From assembly GCA_000146465.1 (NCBI GenBank), contig CP001945.1: a DNA stretch of 64,000 nt. The stretch is one strand, 5' to 3'. The translations under genes and the position numbers were made by a program. Under the pieces are notes generated by a model, which was not told where the DNA came from, did not search any database, and was given only the letters and a program-made list of their open reading frames with translations. Position 1 is the stretch's first letter. The number at the start of each line of letters is the position of its first letter. This document shows, piece after piece, positions 40,781-49,314 of the stretch.

Positions 40781-40784
40781 CCCC
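40781..40784 (+). promoter_or_regulatory. CCCC motif abutting ATG 40785
   Basis: aatCCCCATGgaa; same start-proximal C-run as at other genes in this window. Confidence 0.35.
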
Positions 40785-41822
40785 ATGGAAGAATACACAC
40801 TCTGCTCCTCAAGTACCGAGCAAGGCGAAATACCAGTCATTCACATCAAAAGATTCAAGGAGGCCCCTCCATTGTTTCCAAGAAACAAGTCTCAGCTGCA
40901 GTATATGTATCTCCCAAACAAGTCCCTATTTATCGGGCCAAACACCATTCCAAGGTCTAGTGATTATCAAGTAAATGTCCTTACAACCAAGCTTAAAAAG
41001 AGACTCAAGCATGATCTTTCTCATCCGTTTCTGTGTCTTTCGATGAATTCCGATAGATCATTCTTTGAAGGGAGGTTTACCTTTGTCTCCACGGTCCAAA
41101 TCCCAGAAAGTGTTGAAGAGATGTGTTTTGTCAAAGGTAAGGAGAGGATAGTTCATGTCAAAGAAAAAACAGATGTAAATACAGACGTGAGAAAAGAAAT
41201 AAAATTCGACCACATAAAGGACAAACAGAACGATTCATACAAAGATGTCTGCCAGGACTTTTTGCTTGGAAAGTTACTTGAAGGCATTGGGGACAAAAAG
41301 ATAAATATCATCATTAGAGACTCCACCATCAATAATATTCTGTCAAAAGAAGCATATATACACTTTTATGTAAAGAAGAAGGATGAAAAACTGTACATTG
41401 TTTTTGACGAAGTTTACACTAGAGAAGTCAAGTATTACGACTATCTCTCGAAGTATGGGGAGGAGGTTGTTCGATCTCTGAAATCTTCGGAAACCCGTAT
41501 GTATTCCAGTTCGGAAGCAGTGGTTGTTGTGTATTCATCAACTCTCTTCTACGATTCCTCTGGGCTTCATAGACTGTTTAGTGGAATTGACGTCGAAAAG
41601 TCCATCGACATGGTGGTAAATATTGAAGATGTAAGAGCTGTAAAAAGCTCAGGATCCTTAGGAGACGAGCTGAAGGTGCTTTTTGGAATTAAGTTTGAGG
41701 AGGGAGAATATGTCCTTAATGATAAGAAGATATATGTGTTGGAGCCAAGCGGGGAAAAGTTTAAATTCAATGGAGTTGTGTTTACTGATTTTATGGACTC
41801 CCAGGAGCCTATAAGCGATTAA
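40785..41822 (+). CDS. Hypothetical protein
   Basis: Track ORF starts with GTG inside tRNA-Pro; first ATG is 40785, preceded by CCCC; 345 aa; unassigned. Confidence 0.35.
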   Translation: MEEYTLCSSSTEQGEIPVIHIKRFKEAPPLFPRNKSQLQYMYLPNKSLFIGPNTIPRSSDYQVNVLTTKLKKRLKHDLSHPFLCLSMNSDRSFFEGRFTFVSTVQIPESVEEMCFVKGKERIVHVKEKTDVNTDVRKEIKFDHIKDKQNDSYKDVCQDFLLGKLLEGIGDKKINIIIRDSTINNILSKEAYIHFYVKKKDEKLYIVFDEVYTREVKYYDYLSKYGEEVVRSLKSSETRMYSSSEAVVVVYSSTLFYDSSGLHRLFSGIDVEKSIDMVVNIEDVRAVKSSGSLGDELKVLFGIKFEEGEYVLNDKKIYVLEPSGEKFKFNGVVFTDFMDSQEPISD

Positions 41823-41849
41823 TTTGTTTGAGGTTTATTTATTGAGGAA

Positions 41850-42140
41850 ATGGAAAGCAAAGTAAAGGTGATTTCTTCGGACAACAAGGTGTTTGTTCTT
41901 GACTATGACGTCTCCATACAAAGTCAAACACTTCGAACATTTTTTAGCCGGCCAGAAATGTTCCTAGAATCTATCTCCAGGGAGGTTAAGCTTCCGGTCA
42001 AATCACGGCATCTGAAGAGGATTGTCGAGTTTCTGGAATTTAAGTATCTTTCAGACTCAGATAAGGAACCTAAGGAGTTTAAAGTTAGTGACTCAGAAGC
42101 TTTGGAACTTCTGGATATTGCTGTATATCTCAAAATCTAG
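41850..42140 (+). CDS. Elongin C / Skp1-like BTB-fold protein
   Basis: 96 aa: KVKVISSDNKVFVLDYDVSIQSQTLRTFF...LKRIVEFLEFKY...ALELLDIAVYLKI is collinear with Elongin C (YVKLISSDGHEFIV...ALELLMAANFLD). Confidence 0.55.
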   Translation: MESKVKVISSDNKVFVLDYDVSIQSQTLRTFFSRPEMFLESISREVKLPVKSRHLKRIVEFLEFKYLSDSDKEPKEFKVSDSEALELLDIAVYLKI

Positions 42141-42192
42141 GGAAATCGAATAAACACTTTATTTCTACATCAGAGACATAATAAACCTATGT

Positions 42193-42390
42193 CTAGACAT
42201 TGTTACTCTCTTCTGAAAATTCGGTATTCTTTTGGTTGGAAAGGGAACTAAAGTCCTTGAATTCTTTGGACTCCAATATAGCCTCTGTTAATTCGTTCTT
42301 TGATATTATGTTAGATACACCCATGGACTCCACTAACTTGTAGATCGACTCAGGGTGTTCGTCGAATCCAGGGAGCTCATTGTATTTCAT
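42193..42390 (-). CDS. Small acidic hypothetical protein
   Basis: 65-aa ATG-initiated ORF filling a 286-bp gap; acidic; unassigned. Confidence 0.25.
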   Translation of the reverse strand: MKYNELPGFDEHPESIYKLVESMGVSNIISKNELTEAILESKEFKDFSSLSNQKNTEFSEESNNV

Positions 42391-42426
42391 GGGGTAGTAA
42401 GGCTTTATGATTATCCGGGCCTTCCA

Positions 42427-43437
42427 CTAAATTCTAAGCCTCAAAATATTTTCATACTTGGACATCTCTGGACAGTAGGGGCATTTGAAGGAGTTCAAAA
42501 CACCTTCCTGAGAAAGCACACTTGCAGCTTCTAAAGATATTACATGGCCACACTCAAGCATCACAGGAATATTTCCATCGATGCAGAGTGTTTTTAGCAC
42601 CGGGCATATGAAGAGAGAGTGGTAATTTCTTCCTTTCTCCATCTTTATCTCTATAGGAAGAGCTGGATCATCTTTATCGAAAAGCAAATTTCCAGAGCTG
42701 GAAAGCTGAAGAAAGGCAGAAGTTCCAGCTTCAAATAGCTCTTGGAGATAGCAACCGTTTGGCATCCCGCTCACTTCCAGATACTTCGATTTGAAGTTTT
42801 CTATAAGCCTTTCTCTACTTCTTTCCAGAGACTCCTGAATATTTCCAGGATTCACCAGAAACTTAAGAAGCGGCTTGACGTCTTGGATATATGTTGGGAC
42901 AAACGACTTTAGTTTCCCGAAGCATAGTTTAAGAGCTTCGTCGTATCTCCCTCCATTTATTAGTAGTAGGAACTCATGGGACACAAGATAAAGTTCAAGC
43001 TCCTTGCTTGGATGGCTCTCAAGAAACTCCTCCAAAAGCCCTGTGGAATTTCCCAGCACTTCGGAAACAGTTCTTTTGAATCTGACATAATCATCTCTAA
43101 CCTTCATCACCTCTTCTTTTCCGTCTTTTATTTCGGATATGAGCTTGTCAACAATATCACCACAGTCGTTTTCAAGTAAGTAGTACACTATTAAGCAGGT
43201 TACTGTTTGCATGCTGTTTGGATACATCTGGTTTCCTACCTGTATGTCCGACTCTGTAGGTTTGGTGTCCGAGGGAAGTAAATTCTTCCAAAGCTTAACA
43301 AGACTAGCTTCTATGTTGGGAAGGTTGTTAATCTCCAGGTTGTTTTCTCGAGACAATGTGGCTTGTATCTCGCTTATAATATGGATGGACTTATCCCTAA
43401 GATGCTGATAGTCTATTCCATGTCTATCACCTATCAT
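42427..43437 (-). CDS. GID/CTLH-complex RING-like subunit (MAEA/Fyv10 or RMD5-like)
   Basis: C-terminal degenerate RING CPVLKTLCIDGNIPVMLECGHVISLEAASVLSQEG..FKCPYCP matches MAEA/Fyv10 (CP....NPPMMLPCGHV.S......FKCPYC); helical N-terminal half. Confidence 0.55.
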   Translation of the reverse strand: MIGDRHGIDYQHLRDKSIHIISEIQATLSRENNLEINNLPNIEASLVKLWKNLLPSDTKPTESDIQVGNQMYPNSMQTVTCLIVYYLLENDCGDIVDKLISEIKDGKEEVMKVRDDYVRFKRTVSEVLGNSTGLLEEFLESHPSKELELYLVSHEFLLLINGGRYDEALKLCFGKLKSFVPTYIQDVKPLLKFLVNPGNIQESLERSRERLIENFKSKYLEVSGMPNGCYLQELFEAGTSAFLQLSSSGNLLFDKDDPALPIEIKMEKGRNYHSLFICPVLKTLCIDGNIPVMLECGHVISLEAASVLSQEGVLNSFKCPYCPEMSKYENILRLRI

Positions 43438-43488
43438 AATGGGTTGATTAGGTCTATAAAATATGGCTCATTCCCAGTCCATAAACAA

Positions 43489-43686
43489 ATGTCTCGAACC
43501 CACACTCTCGAAATTCCTAAGAATAATAGGAAAAGGCTAATCAACAGGTTGATAGAAGCCATAGAGAGCCTTTCTTGTAATGAAATGGAGGAGCATGGTG
43601 ACGTTATCCATATAAGTGGCTTCAAGCAAGATGAATGGAGTGAAACAAAGATGAAGTTCATGAGGAAGTATGGGCACATGAAGTGA
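43489..43686 (+). CDS. Small hypothetical protein (66 aa)
   Basis: MSRTHTLEIPKNNRKRLINRLIEAIESLSCNEMEEHGDVIHISGFKQDEWSETKMKFMRKYGHMK; the upstream part of the track ORF overlaps the neighbouring gene, so the start is taken at the internal ATG 43489. Confidence 0.25.
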   Translation: MSRTHTLEIPKNNRKRLINRLIEAIESLSCNEMEEHGDVIHISGFKQDEWSETKMKFMRKYGHMK

Positions 43687-43821
43687 CTCCAGACACATAG
43701 GGCCACAAAAGCTGAAAGAGAGGGGATGGGAAGGGAGGAGAGACCTTGGTTCTATTTATTAAGCCCTAAGGCTAATAAAAATCAAGAAAAAAAAACTTAA
43801 CCCTTGAAATAAATATTCCGA

Positions 43822-44418
43822 ATGGACGTACCAGATATTTCTTGTGAGCATCAGGATACATCGATTCCAAACAGTTCTGGAATAATTCCAACCCTCCAGA
43901 ACGTTGTTGCAACGGTTAATCTGAACTGTAAGCTTGACTTAAAGAATATAGCTCTTCGAGCCAGAAATGCAGAGTACAACCCAAAGAGATTTGCTGCTGT
44001 GATAATGAGGATAAGAGAGCCAAAAACGACGGCGTTGATTTTTGCCTCTGGAAAAATGGTAATAACAGGAGCAAAAAGCGAGAAGAGCTCGAGGATGGCA
44101 GCCCAGAGATATGCAAAAATAATACACAAGCTTGGATTTAATGCGACGTTTGATGATTTTAAGATACAGAATATAGTTTCTTCCTGTGACATCAAATTCA
44201 GCATTAGATTGGAGGGTCTTGCATATGCCCACAGTAATTATTGTAGTTATGAGCCCGAGCTCTTTCCTGGGCTAATATACAGGATGGTCAAGCCCAAGAT
44301 TGTTCTTCTGATATTTGTCTCTGGAAAGATTGTTCTTACCGGTGCCAAGGTAAGAGACGACATTTACCGGGCATTCAACAACATATATCCTGTGCTTATA
44401 CAACACAGAAAGACATAA
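43822..44418 (+). CDS. TBP: TATA-box-binding protein
   Basis: Two direct TBP repeats: [63 protein letters not shown] and [21 protein letters not shown]...[26 protein letters not shown]. Confidence 0.9.
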   Translation: MDVPDISCEHQDTSIPNSSGIIPTLQNVVATVNLNCKLDLKNIALRARNAEYNPKRFAAVIMRIREPKTTALIFASGKMVITGAKSEKSSRMAAQRYAKIIHKLGFNATFDDFKIQNIVSSCDIKFSIRLEGLAYAHSNYCSYEPELFPGLIYRMVKPKIVLLIFVSGKIVLTGAKVRDDIYRAFNNIYPVLIQHRKT

Positions 44419-44489
44419 TCCATTCAGCAATTCATGAAAAATAACGAACAAATAAATTCTTTATTGTTAATTGGTAAGGCTCTCTAAAG

Positions 44490-44951
44490 TCATGAATGGG
44501 TTCCTACTATTGTGAAGAAGGATCTTGCCTCTAGCTTTATTCCTTTGACTATAAAATCTCCTGTATATTCCTTGCTTCCATCAACATCTGTATTGAAGAT
44601 CCCAAGTGTTCTTCCTTCAAAAGAGCTCATCACCCCTCCAACTGGCAACGTGAGAACCACATATTCTGAGGATGCTGTGACCTCCACGCTTCCGGTTTCA
44701 CAAATTACGGTGCCCGAATGCTCAATGTCCTTGATAGCAAACGATAGAGGGATTCCGCCAAGTTTATGAGAGTATATCAATAGTTTTGATGCCATGCATT
44801 TTGATACAGCTTTCATAGGATTTTCAAGGAACTCTGGTCCTATTTCTACAGACATTTTTGCCTTGACAAGCTTGAACTTGACCATTTGCTGAAGTAGGAT
44901 TAAAATTTCTTGAGACAATTGTGGAAGGATAACCCCAGAAATGAACCTCAT
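44490..44951 (-). CDS. RNA polymerase Rpb7-fold stalk subunit (Rpc25/Rpa43/Rpb7-like)
   Basis: About 153 aa from the first ATG (track start is TTG); layout MRFISGVILPQLSQE ... S1-like beta region (SSEYVVLTLPVGGVMSSFEGRTLGIF) parallels Rpc25/Rpb7; weak similarity. Confidence 0.35.
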   Translation of the reverse strand: MRFISGVILPQLSQEILILLQQMVKFKLVKAKMSVEIGPEFLENPMKAVSKCMASKLLIYSHKLGGIPLSFAIKDIEHSGTVICETGSVEVTASSEYVVLTLPVGGVMSSFEGRTLGIFNTDVDGSKEYTGDFIVKGIKLEARSFFTIVGTHS

Positions 44952-46998
44952 TACCGGGTACTTCAAACATACAAGGAAAGTTCAGGCAGTTGAGTATGGA
45001 GAGATATCCGAGGTATATATCTCGAGCTTGCTTGAGCATAATGGGCCTGAGGAATACCTTGTGAGCGATGGGAATGGAAGAATTCCTGTATTCAAATGCA
45101 TTAGAAATGCTGACAAAGCTGAGTTTGATGGATATTTGAAGTATAAGCTCGGGAAGAAAAGCCGAAGATTCCGACTTGCTGAGGGGCAAGAGGGGGAAGT
45201 GTCTATACTGATAGATGGAAAGTACTCGTATATACTCATGGAGGAGTCCAGTGTTCCAACAAAATATCTTATTTTTTCCGAAGGATCTCTAAAGGAAAGG
45301 GAAATTATCTTCTCTCCATCTACTGAGGATATTGAAGAAGAGATTGGAAAGTGTGATTCAAAAGCGCAGAACCAGGTGGTATTATGTTTTTTAAAGAGCG
45401 TAAAGGTCCAGTACCACTCACAGTTTTTATACTTCTATGTTTCTAATGTAGAGACGATATACGGACAGGTTCTAGTTTCTTGGATTGATGGCACAATGGT
45501 ATTCCACACACTAACATCGCTGCTGTTTCTTAATTTCAACGAGCTTTTTTCAAGCTTCTCTCTACTTTCAACCGTGTATGGGATACCATATCTTCCACAT
45601 ACAAACTTCACGATCAGCTACAAATGGCAGAAGATCTACGAATCCAATCTGTATGAGTTTAGCTGGAATTATCCTTCTAAATTTCTCATGGAAGTCATAA
45701 CTCTGATATTACTGGAAGAAAGGATAGTATTTTGTTCCAGAAAGGATTCTTCTTTGAGGGTGTTACAGATTATAGAGCTTATAAGGCCCTTCCGATGGCC
45801 TCACATAGTATGTCTACCTCTTCTTCCGGGGATGGAAGAAATTCTTGAAAGCCCTCTTCCTTTTATCACATGTCTGAACAAAAAGCCAAATACAGAAGAT
45901 TTAGTTATCATAGATCTAGATGGTTTGAGGGTTTATCGGCCTAGGAAATGTGCCTTGCTTCCAAATAAAAAGACAAAAGTTGGAGCGCCGAAAGACCATC
46001 AGAAGGAAATAAGGGACTCCATAGAATTAATAGCAACAGAAATACTATTGTGGAGAGAGTACCTGATAAAGAAATGGGGATCTAAAGTGATAACAAGAAT
46101 ACCAAACAATCCTTTGGAATTCATAGGAAAGGTTCATGGGTTTTATGCCGACTTCTTTAGGACTAGGATGTTTTTAGCTTTTATAACGGAGGAGCGCGAT
46201 TATTTGTGTAGATACCTGATTGAAATAGGAGATGACTATTCGGTGATCCTTTTACCATATGCACAATTAGATGGAAGCATGTATACAAAGGCTTTGCGTC
46301 TGTGGATAGAACTATTTGAAGGGGACATTGAACCTGTAATTGAGCATCTTATTCGAGATGAGCTTCTTTCAGATGTCGCAGATATGGTTTTCAGGCGGCT
46401 GAGCTATAGGGAAGACTACAGAAAGATAGACATGGTTCTATCACATATTCTATCTCCAACCCATGAGATGTATATGAATATCAATATCGTTTCGAAGATG
46501 TCTAAGGTAGTTTTCAAGGATCTCTACTCTTACGATGTGTATCACCTGAGGGCTTGCGATTGCAGGACTCTAGACCTCGGGAGACTTCGCTGTAGAGAAG
46601 ATTCTGCATGGAGAAAGGAAGAGAAGGCAATGGAAAATGCTCGGAGGAAGGTGAGAGAACTAATAGGAGGAATGAAACAGGATCTTTTTGACCCTCTGAA
46701 GGAAAGATGTGAATGCAAGTCCAAGAAATCTGTGGTGCTTGTTTCTGGTCCTGGATATGTATTTCTTTGCTTTCTCCTTGTACCCGAGAATATAAGTCTT
46801 ATGCTAAAGTATTATGGATCTGAAAACCTTTTTGAAAAGAATCCTCAGGTCTACTGGAGCATTGTGATGTATTTTTTATATTTTAGTCTTCCATTAGGAG
46901 GCCACTCTCGACTCGATAAGGAAATTGATGTGATTATTGATGAACCTGTACTTCCCCTCCGTATTGATGGGAAACCCAGACTCTATCTTGATTTTTGA
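44941..46998 (+). CDS. DENN-domain protein (putative Rab GEF)
   Basis: Tripartite uDENN-DENN-dDENN layout; core DENN motif IELIRPFRWPHIVCLPLLPGMEEILESPLPFITCL; 685 aa. ATG at 44941 overlaps the 5' end of the divergent upstream gene by 11 nt. Confidence 0.55.
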   Translation: MNLITGYFKHTRKVQAVEYGEISEVYISSLLEHNGPEEYLVSDGNGRIPVFKCIRNADKAEFDGYLKYKLGKKSRRFRLAEGQEGEVSILIDGKYSYILMEESSVPTKYLIFSEGSLKEREIIFSPSTEDIEEEIGKCDSKAQNQVVLCFLKSVKVQYHSQFLYFYVSNVETIYGQVLVSWIDGTMVFHTLTSLLFLNFNELFSSFSLLSTVYGIPYLPHTNFTISYKWQKIYESNLYEFSWNYPSKFLMEVITLILLEERIVFCSRKDSSLRVLQIIELIRPFRWPHIVCLPLLPGMEEILESPLPFITCLNKKPNTEDLVIIDLDGLRVYRPRKCALLPNKKTKVGAPKDHQKEIRDSIELIATEILLWREYLIKKWGSKVITRIPNNPLEFIGKVHGFYADFFRTRMFLAFITEERDYLCRYLIEIGDDYSVILLPYAQLDGSMYTKALRLWIELFEGDIEPVIEHLIRDELLSDVADMVFRRLSYREDYRKIDMVLSHILSPTHEMYMNINIVSKMSKVVFKDLYSYDVYHLRACDCRTLDLGRLRCREDSAWRKEEKAMENARRKVRELIGGMKQDLFDPLKERCECKSKKSVVLVSGPGYVFLCFLLVPENISLMLKYYGSENLFEKNPQVYWSIVMYFLYFSLPLGGHSRLDKEIDVIIDEPVLPLRIDGKPRLYLDF

Positions 46999-47052
46999 CT
47001 CAGGATACCTAACCAATGTGGTATAACTGTCTAGGCCTTCTATCTTATTGCG

Positions 47053-48297
47053 TTAGAAGATCTCAGAACGAGCCTGTCCCTCGTAGTCAGAGTCTAGTCT
47101 CTCTCTTTTCATGTAAGTATATATTGGAACAGTCAGACCGTGTATCACTACGCTCAGAAACACTGTGCAGCTTACAAAATCTATCGTAAGAGTCTCTTGG
47201 ATTTTGTCTGTAAGAAGTGCATAGTACAGCGCTCCAACTCCTACAGGCCCAAACCATCCAACAAACAGAGCTTCTCTCCGAGACCTCAGCTCTGGAATTT
47301 GGCGATAGATTAGGTAGCATATGATAGGCCTCCTGACAAAGAGAATGACAAGTGAAACAATTACATTCGACAGCGTAAATCTTCGAAAATCTATTCTTGA
47401 ACCGAAAAATAAGAAGAACGAAGTGCTAAGGACGGTGTCCGTTATTTCTTGGAGATTTGAGTTCTTAGTCTCTAATACAAACCATTCATCAAAGGAAAAC
47501 ATTATTCCCGCGAAGAATATGCATATAAGTTCACTTCCACCGATGAACTCCATAAGTGCTATTGAAAACACAGTAAGAATCACACTGTGGGCAAGAAAGG
47601 ATTCCACACCCACCAGTCTCTTTGTATAGCAGTACTTCAAGCTCTGTCTTGAAAGAATTCCGGCAGAAAGTCCTATCAAAGCGGATAAAAAGACTCTAAT
47701 AAGCAAGTTGTTGACAACAAATGGGTAAATCCCCTTCTCAGGTCCGAGACTAAGCAAGTCAAGTCCAAGGAAGAGAAGGAAAATTCCCATCCCATCGTTT
47801 ATTCCACTCTCTGCTGCAAGGAGCAATCTTATTCTTTCGGGAACCATTTTCATTGCAAGTTTCCCATGTATTATACTGGAGCTGAGAATGGGATCTGTAG
47901 GGGTCAGAGAAGAAGCCAACGACCATGATATTGGCATGTTGTAATTGGTGAAAAGGTATACCAACCCAAAGGAAAACGAGCATTTGATTATGCCTACTAC
48001 GCCAACAAGAACAAATATCGACTGCCATTTCTCAAGTATGTAGTTTTTTGGAAGAGACATCGCAACAGTCATTGTCTGGATACAAAGAACCATTCTTGAA
48101 AAGTTGTACATTATAACCTTCGAATAAACGTAGTTTGTATTGAAGACATTCAATGCATGGTGTCCGAGGATTATCCCTACTAATACCGAAATCAATGACT
48201 CTGATAGAAGCAGGTTGTTCTTAACATGCTTTGAGACTAGTCCAAAGAGAAGAACAAACGACGAGGAAGCAAGCAGCAATACGAAGATATCATCCAT
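47053..48297 (-). CDS. Na+/H+ (cation/proton) antiporter, CPA1/NHE family
   Basis: About 12 TM helices; LLAAESGINDGMGIFL matches the NHE ion-binding motif (ESG.NDG). Confidence 0.65.
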   Translation of the reverse strand: MDDIFVLLLASSSFVLLFGLVSKHVKNNLLLSESLISVLVGIILGHHALNVFNTNYVYSKVIMYNFSRMVLCIQTMTVAMSLPKNYILEKWQSIFVLVGVVGIIKCSFSFGLVYLFTNYNMPISWSLASSLTPTDPILSSSIIHGKLAMKMVPERIRLLLAAESGINDGMGIFLLFLGLDLLSLGPEKGIYPFVVNNLLIRVFLSALIGLSAGILSRQSLKYCYTKRLVGVESFLAHSVILTVFSIALMEFIGGSELICIFFAGIMFSFDEWFVLETKNSNLQEITDTVLSTSFFLFFGSRIDFRRFTLSNVIVSLVILFVRRPIICYLIYRQIPELRSRREALFVGWFGPVGVGALYYALLTDKIQETLTIDFVSCTVFLSVVIHGLTVPIYTYMKRERLDSDYEGQARSEIF

Positions 48298-48471
48298 CTG
48301 TTCTAAATCTCTAGCTTATTATGGTTGCCGTGGCTTTTGTAGAATGCTGTTTTAATCTGAAACAGGTTCGAAGATATCTTCTATCAGCTTTGAAGATCAG
48401 GTTTTAGTAGTAAAGATTTATTCAAGAAATGGAAATTAGGCATGTTGATTTAACGAGATAAGAGACTGACT

Positions 48472-49119
48472 TTATTCTGATTTCTTCTTGAAAATGTGCT
48501 TGACTTTATCATCGTTGAGCTCGGAGACGTCTGCATTCCGTAACTCCAGAACATTCTTACCCACAGGTGCAACTCTGGAGAGTCCAAAGTCGTCTTCGAT
48601 GATTAATTTAAACTTCGGATTGCTCATCAAGTCTCGGAAGTCTTCTAGTTTCTTTTCGCAGGTCTCTTTAGAAACGTCAGGATTTCTAAGGACCTCTCCA
48701 CCCGGTCCGGTTGTTATGTTTCCCTTTCCACACAAGTTTTTAATTTGATCCTTTCCTTGTATCAGAAAGGACTCAACATTCTGGATGCTGGGATAAGTGC
48801 TCGAAATTTTGAAAGAAAGGTTTTCTGAAATGATTTCCACTGATGCCATCTGGCTTAGGTTGATTTCTCTGGTAAGATCCTCTTTTCTATCGAAAAAGCA
48901 TTCGATTCTGACACTTCCTCTTTTATCATATGTCTTTTCAAGAAACTTGACCGATCTGTCTCCACATTTTTCGCAGACAAACGCACAGATCACGTTTTCT
49001 GTTGTATCGTCAAGATCAACAATATTCATCTTCCCAGGCCACCCACAGCTCGCACATTTCATATCTGTTTCCTTAGTGTTGTCTTTCACTACTCTTTCGT
49101 ATCCTTCTTTGTCTTCCAT
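48472..49119 (-). CDS. ZPR1-type zinc-finger protein (single ZPR1 module)
   Basis: CASCGW...ICAFVCEKCGDRS C4 zinc finger followed by a ZPR1 A-domain-like beta region; 215 aa versus the canonical two-module protein of about 450 aa. Confidence 0.55.
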   Translation of the reverse strand: MEDKEGYERVVKDNTKETDMKCASCGWPGKMNIVDLDDTTENVICAFVCEKCGDRSVKFLEKTYDKRGSVRIECFFDRKEDLTREINLSQMASVEIISENLSFKISSTYPSIQNVESFLIQGKDQIKNLCGKGNITTGPGGEVLRNPDVSKETCEKKLEDFRDLMSNPKFKLIIEDDFGLSRVAPVGKNVLELRNADVSELNDDKVKHIFKKKSE

Positions 49120-49314
49120 AAGGGTATAGTCCTTAGGTTCTTCTTGAACTTGCTTTCTTAATTTACGACTAGTAAGAGGACAAATTAATTCCGCCGCTGC
49201 AAAATCTCCAAATAGACCAATTACTACCAGAGAGGACGACTAAGTAGATCAATGAAAGTTTGGGAGGATAACCAATCAGATGAGAAATAGAAAGGCTGCC
49301 ATCAACATGAAAAT

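Noticed and set aside
40591-40812. ORFs 40591-40812 (minus) and 40659-40784 (GTG-initiated plus-strand extension)
   Set aside because: Both run through the tRNA-Pro gene; the GTG at 40659 lies in the tRNA anticodon arm; the first ATG, with a CCCC motif, is at 40785.
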